Part shown: positions 54,140-61,023 of the stretch, piece by piece
Layout: each line of letters starts with the position of its first letter
Position numbering within the stretch: position 1 is the stretch's first letter
NCBI GenBank assembly: GCA_965247585.1
Contig: CBDFHC010000001.1
Location: forward strand, 17,042 to 81,041
DNA: 64,000 bases
Reading direction: 5' to 3'
Origin: Dehalococcoidia bacterium
GTDB taxonomy: Bacteria > Chloroflexota > Dehalococcoidia > Lucifugimonadales > GCA-2712585
Notes under the pieces: model-generated
Told to the model about the DNA's origin: nothing
Seen by the model: the letters and a program-made list of their open reading frames with translations, nothing else
Database searches by the model: none
Made by a program: the position numbers and the translations under genes

Positions 54140-55125
54140 TCAGCTATGGGGATGGGTATGGCCGCGAAGAAGGGTTGCAGATCGGGGGTTGGGGGCCTAC
54201 AGGGAAAGGTGGATGCGATGGTAGGACTTTCTCTCCCCCCGCACCCAGATTCTTCGATCCTCACGGGCGGACTCAGAATGACATGTTGGGGGGCGGAATG
54301 CGGTATGGGCTCGTCCTTCGAGAGCCTCAGGATGAGCGGGTTGGAGGCGTAGGAGGCTCATTTTCATAGGAATCGATCACGTTGGCGTCCAGCATTAAGG
54401 AGGATGAAAAGAGAGTGGCGGCTATGGTCCATGATGACCGGTATACCTATTACAAAGGGTTGCAAATCGAAGGTTGGTGGTTCCCACCGTCCCGCCCCGA
54501 AAGTTTATTCGGTTTAATTCTGAGGGACACCCTCAGACTCCCGGCAGAAGGGGTCATCCCCCTCTGGACTCCCTCTTTTGGGCGGGGTCCTTCATGCGGC
54601 GATGTTTCTATTTCGGGGGTGTCAGCTATGGGGATGGGGATGGTCGCGAAGAAGGGTTGCAGATCGGGGGTTGGTGGGCTACAGGGAGAGGTGGAGGCGA
54701 TGGTAGGACTTGCGCTCCCCCCGCACCCAGATTCTTCGATCCTCATGGGCGGACTCAGAATGACATGGTGGGGGGCGGAATGCGGTATGGGCTCGTCCTT
54801 CGAGAGTCTCAGGATGAGCGGGTTGGAGGCGTAGGAGGCTTATTTTCATAGGAATCGATCACGTTGGCGTCCAGCATCAAGGAGGATGAAAAGAGAGTGG
54901 CGGCTATGGTCCATGATGACCGGTATAGCTATTACAGAGGATTGCAAATCATGGGTTGGTGGTACCCACCCACCCGCCCCGGAAGGTTTTTAAAAGTTTT
55001 TCTGAGGGACACCCTCTGACTCCCGGCAGAAGGGGTCATCCCCCTCTGGACTTCCCCTTGGTAGGCGCAGGTAGAGTAGGGACGGTGCTATTTTCATAGG
55101 AATGACATGACTTATGTGGATGATT
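54140..55125 (+). repeat. Intergenic mosaic repeat block: ~482-bp composite unit x2 (A5'/B hybrid + D + E' + A)
   Basis: The anchor TCAGCTATGGGGATGGG occurs at 54140 and 54622. Both units contain ..CACCCAGATTCTTCGATCCTCA.GGGCGGACTCAGAATGACATG.., ..GGTATGGGCTCGTCCTTCGAGAG.CTCAGGATGAGCGGGTTGGAGGCGTAGGAGGCT.ATTTTCATAGGAATCGATCACGTTGGCGTCCAGC.. They also carry an A copy each (cores at about 54530 and 55002). Confidence 0.9.
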
Positions 55126-55215
55126 AATGAAGGACGATGTGAAGCGGAAAAATGCGCATGAAGTCAAATACTCAAGGGTTCGCAGGTGGTAGACACTGAG
55201 CAAAGGGGGAAGAGG

Positions 55216-55608
55216 ATGAAGATTCTAGTGACGCTGGATGGGTCCGACTTCGCCAGGGCGGCGTTGACGCCGGCCTCGGAGGTGGCGACCGCCGCGGGAG
55301 GGGAGGTTCACCTGCTGAGCGTGCTGAACGAGTACGAGACGGAGAGGGAGGGGAAGGTGGTGGAAAAGCTGCTGGCGGCCGAAGCGGCGACGCTTTCGCC
55401 GTTGAAGGTGGAGACCAAACTGCTTACCAGCGACCGCGTGGCGGAAGCGATAACGTCGTACGCCCGGGAGGAGTCGTTTGACTTCATAGCGATGGCGACC
55501 CATGGACGCACGGGGGTGGCAAAAACGATCATGGGGAGCGTGGCGGCGGAGCTACAGCGCATCAGTGACATCCCGTTGCTGCTGGTGCGGCCAAAGGAGC
55601 TAAAGTAA
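55216..55608 (+). CDS. Universal stress protein (UspA family)
   Basis: 130 aa from ATG 55216 (GGGGGAAGAGG upstream). MKILVTLDGSDFARAAL.. and C-terminal ..MATHGRTGVAKTIMGSVAAELQRISDIPLLLVRP (ATP-binding G-x2-G-x9-GS block). Confidence 0.85.
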   Translation: MKILVTLDGSDFARAALTPASEVATAAGGEVHLLSVLNEYETEREGKVVEKLLAAEAATLSPLKVETKLLTSDRVAEAITSYAREESFDFIAMATHGRTGVAKTIMGSVAAELQRISDIPLLLVRPKELK

Positions 55609-55689
55609 GCTGAGCGGGCCGAGGGGGATAGCTGGGGTGGGGACCGGAGGCTGGTGGACGTGAGTAGGGGGCGGTTTACGGAGGCGGGG

Positions 55690-57111
55690 TCAGCTAACGG
55701 TGGGCCGCAGGGTGTACCAGCCGGCGTAGCGCTCGTAGGCGTGGGCCAATTGGAAGATGGTGGGCTCGGCGAAGGGTCTGCCGACGAGTTGCAGGCCGAT
55801 GGGGAGGCCGCGTTGACTGAAGCCGCAGTTGATGGACAGCGCCGGGGTGCCCACCAGGTTAAAGGGCCCCATGAAGTTCTGGTCTATCATGTGCCCAAGC
55901 AGCTCCCGGATGTCGAAGGAATCGAAGGCGGGGGCGGGCCGGGGTGACGTGGGCATCGCCAGCAGGTCCACCTTCTGGAAGGTCTCCACGAACTCTTTTC
56001 TCACTACTTTGCGGGCCTGTTGGGCGCGCACGTAGTCCTGCGAGAGGAACGCGCCCAGGTAGGACATGGTGCGGATGGCGTCGCCGTAGGAGTCGAGTTG
56101 CTCGGGCCGGGTGCGGAGGTTCTCGCGATGGTAGCCGAAGGTCTCGGCGAGCCAGATTACGACGGTGGCCACGGAAGCGTACTCCAGGCTGGGGATGGTG
56201 ACCTCTTCAACACGAGCGCCCAGGGATTCCAGGGCTGATAAGGCCTTGTTAAAGGCGGCGAGGGTCTCGGAGTCGACGTTCAGCGCAGGGTCTTCGATGT
56301 AGTGGCGAGGAACGCCAACGGTGAGACCTTGGGCGCCGCGGCGCAGGGTGGCGGTGTAGTCGGGGACCGGCGCATGGCTGGAAGCTGGATCCGTGGGGTC
56401 TTGGCCGGCGACGGTCTGGAGCACCAGGGCGCAGTCTTCGACGGTCCAGGCCATGGGGCCGGTGTGGTCGAGGGACCAGGCCAGGCCCGCAAGGCCGGAG
56501 CGGCTGACCCGGCCGAAGGTGGGCTTGAGGCCGACGATGCCGCACCAGGATGCGGGGCCTCGGATGGAGCCGGCGGTGTCTTCGCCCATGGAGGCCATGG
56601 CCAAACCTGCGGCCACGGAGACGCCGGAGCCGCTGCTGGAGCCGCCGGGGATGCAGCCGGTGTCCCAGGGGTTCCGGGCCTGTTCCAGAAGGCTGGTGTC
56701 CGGGCCGGCCATGGAGAGCCCCATCATGACGACTTTACCCAGGTGTATGGCGCCAGCGTTGCGGAGGCGAGCGACGGCGGTGGAGTCCCGGCTGGGCGTT
56801 GGGTGGCTGAAGCCGCCAGGGTAGGCGGTGGTGCGCACGTTGGCGACGTCATAGCCGTCTTTATGGGCCACGGGGATGCCGTGGAGGGGGCCGCGGTACC
56901 GGCCCTGGAGGATTTCGGACTCGGCAGTACGGGCCTCGGCCATGGCGCTGCCGGGGAGGACGGCGGCGTAGGTGTGGAGGACGGGCTCCAGCGCCTCAAT
57001 GCGGTCAAGGAAGGCGCGGGTGAGTTCCACGGGGGAGAGCTCCCGGGCGCTGATGAGACGGCCCGCCTGGGCGATGGTGAGGTGGCAGAGGTTTTGGTTG
57101 TTGGCGGTCAT
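55690..57111 (-). CDS. Amidase-signature family enzyme (GatA/AtzE-like), copy 2
   Basis: 473 aa. ..HGIPVAHKD.. and GGSSSGSGVSVAAG. RBS AGGAGGGA lies before the ATG. N-terminal text is parallel to copy 1 (..NLCHLTIAQAGRLISARELSPVELTRAFLDRIEA..). Confidence 0.9.
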   Translation of the reverse strand: MTANNQNLCHLTIAQAGRLISARELSPVELTRAFLDRIEALEPVLHTYAAVLPGSAMAEARTAESEILQGRYRGPLHGIPVAHKDGYDVANVRTTAYPGGFSHPTPSRDSTAVARLRNAGAIHLGKVVMMGLSMAGPDTSLLEQARNPWDTGCIPGGSSSGSGVSVAAGLAMASMGEDTAGSIRGPASWCGIVGLKPTFGRVSRSGLAGLAWSLDHTGPMAWTVEDCALVLQTVAGQDPTDPASSHAPVPDYTATLRRGAQGLTVGVPRHYIEDPALNVDSETLAAFNKALSALESLGARVEEVTIPSLEYASVATVVIWLAETFGYHRENLRTRPEQLDSYGDAIRTMSYLGAFLSQDYVRAQQARKVVRKEFVETFQKVDLLAMPTSPRPAPAFDSFDIRELLGHMIDQNFMGPFNLVGTPALSINCGFSQRGLPIGLQLVGRPFAEPTIFQLAHAYERYAGWYTLRPTVS

Positions 57112-57132
57112 GCGGTCCCTCCTGTAGTCCTA

Positions 57133-57330
57133 GCAATCGATCATGGCGACGGGTCTTATCACCACAGAGGAATGAAAATCGATGGTTGGTATTTCAGACC
57201 ATCTCCCGATTCACTCCGTTCTTCGGGACATTGCGGCTGCGCCCCTCGGCCGCAAGGAGTTTATTTCTGAGGGACACCCTCAGACTCCCGCCAGAAGAGG
57301 ATATCCCCCTCTGGACTCCCCATTTTCATC
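57133..57330 (+). repeat. Intergenic mosaic repeat (module A, degenerate 5' arm) between the GatC-like ORF and amidase copy 2
   Basis: ..AATCGATCATGGCGACGGG..GGAATGAAAATCGATGGTTGGTATTTCAGACC.. then ..TTTCTGAGGGACACCCTCAGACTCCCGCCAGAAGAGGATATCCCCCTCTGGACTCCCC. Plus-oriented, although both flanking genes are on the minus strand. Confidence 0.85.
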
Positions 57331-57336
57331 AGCTTG

Positions 57337-57531
57337 TTAGTCCGCGGGCCAGTCAGCGGGGGAGAATCCTTCGCCGGGGCCGAGTTCCGGCGCGGCGTCC
57401 AAGGCTTTTAGGCGCTCACCGTAATGCTCGGCCATGGGCCGGAGGGTCTCCAGCTCGCTTTGAGGGAGGTCCAAGCCGGCGCGTTCCAGAAGTAGTTTCA
57501 GGGTTTCGAGGGAGAGGGAACCTGTGTCCAT
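57337..57531 (-). CDS. Small GatC/AtzG-like protein (putative amidase partner subunit), copy 2
   Basis: 64 aa. MDTGSLSLETLKLLLERAGLDLPQSELETLRPMAEHYGERLKALD.. is parallel to 13208..13408. RBS AGGAG lies 8 nt upstream. It sits directly upstream of amidase copy 2 on the same strand. Confidence 0.5.
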   Translation of the reverse strand: MDTGSLSLETLKLLLERAGLDLPQSELETLRPMAEHYGERLKALDAAPELGPGEGFSPADWPAD

Positions 57532-57559
57532 GGGCGGGCTCCTATTGGGGAAGGTGGAG

Positions 57560-58000
57560 GTGCTATTTTAGCGATTGCGGAGGAGTGGGGAAAGGGGGGA
57601 ATTTTGGGGGAAGCAGGCCTGGCGAAGGGTATTGGCGCTGCAGAGGGTTGAGAATCACGGGCTGGTGGTGCCCGCTGGCTGGCCGCGGCGGGAGGGACGG
57701 CGGTATGGGCTCGTCCTTCGAGGGCCTCAGGATGAGCGGGTGGGAGGCGCAGGTAGGGTGAAATAGTTCCATAGGCAGAGCGCATGGGGATGTGCGGAGA
57801 TAGGGGGCCTGGGCTGGGCGGGGCTAATTGGGGAGTAATGAGCCATGGGGATAGGTATGGCCACTACGAAGGACAGCAAATCACAGGATGGTGGTTCCCA
57901 CCCGCCCGCCCCGGAAGGTTTAAAGTTACGAATTTCTGAGGGACACCCTCAGACTCCCGGGAGAAGGGCCGTGCCCCTTTGCACTCCCCATCTTGGGCAG
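57560..58000 (+). repeat. Intergenic mosaic repeat (A5'/D hybrid + E-like + A)
   Basis: ..GTTGAGAATCACGGGCTGGTGGTGCCCGCTGG.. runs into ..GGTATGGGCTCGTCCTTCGAGGGCCTCAGGATGAGCGGGTGGGAGG... Then a full A: ..GCAAATCACAGGATGGTGGTTCCCACCCGCCCGCCCCGGAAGGTTT..CTGAGGGACACCCTCAGACTCCCGGGAGAAGGGCCGTGCCCCTTTGCACTCCCC. Confidence 0.85.
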
Positions 58001-58022
58001 GTGTGCGAATTTGTTGGTTGGG

Positions 58023-59414
58023 TCACCAATGGAGGAGGGAGACGAGGTCTGAGGGTGTGTCCAGGTTTTCCAAGTTCTGGATGGCGTGGAGGATGCGCTG
58101 GGCGTGGTCGTGCGGCAAGACCTGGGATGTGGTGGTGAGGAACTTGGCTGCTACTTCGGAGGCGGACTGGATTCGACCGGCATCCTCGGCGCGGGCGGTG
58201 AAAGTGTCGCCGGACCTGGTCACCACGGTGACTTTGCTGAGGCGGGTGTGGTCGCGCCGGAAGGCTTGATCGCTCTCCTCGTCAAAGGAGAGGTTGACGC
58301 GTTGGGCCAGATCGGCGATGCGGAGGTGGACAGGTCCGGAGCCCAAGTACCAGTTGGGACCCCTGTCACCGGCGACAAGGGCGGCGGCGACCTGGAAGGG
58401 GAGGCTGAACTGCATGTCCGGCAACCGTGTGGGAGAGCGGTCATCGAAGCCGATGGCGTCGGTCTCGCTAAGGCCCACGTCGATTTGGGCGATGTCATCG
58501 GCAGCCAGACCGTGCCGGTGGAGAAGCCCGGTGGCGGCGACCAGGCTGGTGTGGGTGGTGGCACAGCCGGGCCAGGTCTTGGAGTTGAAGTCCAGGATAT
58601 GGTAGCTATCGCCCAGCCCTGCGGTGATGTTCTCTTCCTGGAAGGTGTCCATTCCCAAGGTACGCCACAAGCCTCTCTCACCGTCGAGAACGTTGTTCTG
58701 CTGCAACATCTGGAGGCCCTTTTGGGCGGAAACGGCGGCGAAGGCGCCGGTCATGCACATCCAGGCCCAGCCCTGTTTGATGTCCTTGCGAGGAGTGAGC
58801 CCGGCGTCGCCGAGCCACTTGTAGCCGGCGGGCACTGGGGTGTAGATGCCGGTCATGCCCAAGGCGGAGAGGAACTGGTCTTCGTCCAGCTCCAGGGCAC
58901 GGGCGGCGGCGCCGGCGGCGGCGAAGACGGAGGTGGTGGCCCCGGTGACGAGGCTGGCGTTCTCCGTGGTCCGGTCCATGCTTCGGACGACACGGGCCCC
59001 GGCCTCGTAACCGGCAACAACGCTGACGATAAGCGCTTTGCCGGAGATGTGGCGCGGCTCCCCGGCGGCGAGGGCGGCGGGGACGGCCAAGGCGCCGAGC
59101 CAACCGAGGTTGTTGCCACTTTCGTTGGACAGGGAATCGGAGTAGTCGAGCATGGTGGAGAGGGCACCGTTAGCGAAGGCGGCCCAGGGAACGGAAAGCC
59201 GGTCGCCGTCGCCGATGAGGGTCGCCTGGGGCCTGCCGCCGCCCATGTCCAAGGCCAGGTCCAGGAAGGCGCGGGCAGAGGGAAGGGGATAGCCGCCGAT
59301 GGCGTTGCCCAAGACATCGATGATGGCGAGCTTGCCATTTTCGACTACGGCCGGAGGGAGGTCTTCAAATTGGAGGTTGGACAGGAATGCGGCCAGGGTG
59401 CGAGTGGCGGCCAT
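58023..59414 (-). CDS. MmgE/PrpD family protein (2-methylcitrate dehydratase-like)
   Basis: 463 aa. MAATRTLAAFLSNLQFEDLPPAVVENGKLAIIDVLGNAIGG.. is the standard MmgE/PrpD N-terminal block. RBS AAAGGAG lies before the ATG. Confidence 0.85.
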   Translation of the reverse strand: MAATRTLAAFLSNLQFEDLPPAVVENGKLAIIDVLGNAIGGYPLPSARAFLDLALDMGGGRPQATLIGDGDRLSVPWAAFANGALSTMLDYSDSLSNESGNNLGWLGALAVPAALAAGEPRHISGKALIVSVVAGYEAGARVVRSMDRTTENASLVTGATTSVFAAAGAAARALELDEDQFLSALGMTGIYTPVPAGYKWLGDAGLTPRKDIKQGWAWMCMTGAFAAVSAQKGLQMLQQNNVLDGERGLWRTLGMDTFQEENITAGLGDSYHILDFNSKTWPGCATTHTSLVAATGLLHRHGLAADDIAQIDVGLSETDAIGFDDRSPTRLPDMQFSLPFQVAAALVAGDRGPNWYLGSGPVHLRIADLAQRVNLSFDEESDQAFRRDHTRLSKVTVVTRSGDTFTARAEDAGRIQSASEVAAKFLTTTSQVLPHDHAQRILHAIQNLENLDTPSDLVSLLHW

Positions 59415-59504
59415 TCTTTTTCTCCTTTTTGCTTTCTGACGGTGGTGTTATGTAAATAGGGCGACCGATGCCCAGGTGTGGGGCGTGTTGGAGCTGTTGA
59501 GGAG

Positions 59505-59880
59505 CAAAGCGTTGTGGGCTCGTCCTTCCATACAATGCTTTCTGAGCTTGTCGAACAATTTGAGCCGGAACAGCGAAACTGGGCGTGACGGTTGGAGCTA
59601 CTTGGCCTACCCCACCCAGATGCCTCGATCTTTACACACGGACTCGGAATCTATCACGTTGGCATCCAGCACCAGGAATGATGAAAATGAGGATTGGAAT
59701 CCGAAGTGGGCGCCGCGGTAGGACTTGCTCTCCCCCCGCGCCCAGATTCTTCGATCCTCACGGGCGGACTCAGAATGACATGGTGGGGGGCGGAATGCGG
59801 TATGGGCTCGTCCTTCGAGAGCCTCAGGATGAGCGGGTTGGAGGCGTAGGAGGCTTATTCCCATAGGAATGACATGACTT
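59505..59880 (+). repeat. Intergenic mosaic repeat (degenerate B + C' + B + D + E 5')
   Basis: ..CCCACCCAGATGCCTCGATCTTTACACACGGACTCGGAATC.., ..GGTAGGACTTGCTCTCCCCCCGCGCCCAGATTCTTCGATCCTCACGGGCGGACTCAGAATGACATGG.., ..GGTATGGGCTCGTCCTTCGAGAGCCTCAGGATGAGCGGGTTGGAGGCGTAGGAGGCTTATTCCCATAGGAATGACATGAC. Confidence 0.85.
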
Positions 59881-59928
59881 ATGTAGACGCCTTGGGGCAG
59901 GGCATGCGGGACGCGTTTACAGTGCCAA

Positions 59929-60759
59929 TTAGAGCTTAAGGTATTTGGTGACACCCATGGCGGTGCTGGCGGTGTAGATGTTTCCCAGGGAGTCGCCCCA
60001 GACGCCGTGAGGGAGGTCAACGATGGTCTTGCCACGGCCGAGGAGGACACCTTGCTGGTCAAGCACGGAGAGGCGGGGCACCTGGTCAGTGACGAAAACG
60101 CGGCCCTGGGTGTTCATCCAGATGTCCATGGGGTGCGAGAAGTCGGTCCACTGGGTGATGAAGTCACCTTCCGGGCTAAAGAGCTGGACACGGTTGTTCT
60201 CGCGGTCGCAGACGTAGACGCGCTGATCAGGGCCGACCCAGATGCCGTGGGGTGTGCTGAACTGTCCGGGTCCGGCGCCGGGGGTCCCCCAGGTGGAAAG
60301 GTGCTTGCCTTCCGCGGAGAAGCGGTGGACGGTGGAGTTGCCGTAGCCATCGGCGACGAAGAGGTCTCCGGTGGGAGAGACAGCGACGTCGGCGGGGTGG
60401 TTGAAGGGCGCCTGGAAGGCGGGCCGGCCGCGTTGGCCGAGGCGCATAAGGACTTTGCCTTCGGTGTTGAGCTTCAGCACCTCGTGGGAGTCGCGGTCGG
60501 CGGCGAAGACTTCGTCCTGGGGAGATATGAAGATGCCGTGGGCGTCGGCGATGACGCCGTTGCCCCAGCCGGTGAGGAAATTGCCATCGGTGTCGAAGAC
60601 GATCATAGGAGGGTCGCCCATGCGGTAGACGTAGATGCGGTCCTGGGAATCGGCGGCGACGTGGCGGATGCGGCCGCGCTCCATGCCCGGTGGCAGGGTG
60701 CCGAAGGGGTGGATTACCTGGTAGGTGGAGTCCCCGGCGCCAACGGTGAATGTTGTCAT
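59929..60759 (-). CDS. NHL-repeat six-bladed beta-propeller protein (peptidyl-alpha-hydroxyglycine lyase-like)
   Basis: 276 aa with repeated ..P.G[IV]AV....[IV][FY]VAD..N.R[IV]..F.. units (..HPADVAVSPTGDLFVADGYGNSTVHRF.., ..PHGIWVGPDQRVYVCDRENNRVQLF..). Confidence 0.75.
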   Translation of the reverse strand: MTTFTVGAGDSTYQVIHPFGTLPPGMERGRIRHVAADSQDRIYVYRMGDPPMIVFDTDGNFLTGWGNGVIADAHGIFISPQDEVFAADRDSHEVLKLNTEGKVLMRLGQRGRPAFQAPFNHPADVAVSPTGDLFVADGYGNSTVHRFSAEGKHLSTWGTPGAGPGQFSTPHGIWVGPDQRVYVCDRENNRVQLFSPEGDFITQWTDFSHPMDIWMNTQGRVFVTDQVPRLSVLDQQGVLLGRGKTIVDLPHGVWGDSLGNIYTASTAMGVTKYLKL

Positions 60760-60871
60760 TTTCTTCTTCCTTTTTGGGTAGCAGTGGCGGCGAGCGGTGG
60801 GATGAGGTGGCGCGGGTACTGGGTGTGGTTGATTGTAACGCTTGGATGGGGAGGATGGGTAAGGGGATGAA

Positions 60872-60935
60872 GAAAATCTTGAGGGACACCCTCAAACTCC
60901 CGGCAGGTATCCTAGGTTCCCTGCACCCTCCCGTG
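60872..60935 (+). repeat. Solo core of module A
   Basis: AAAATCTTGAGGGACACCCTCAAACTCCCGGCAGGTATCCTAGGTTCCCTGCACCCTCCC. Plus-oriented between two minus-strand genes. Confidence 0.8.
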
Positions 60936-61023
60936 AAACCGTAAGGTAAAGCGAAAAGAACGCTGTTTTGGCGAGGATAGTCAGGACGTGTCGGGGTTGT
61001 TGTGAAAGGACGTTGCGGAACGG

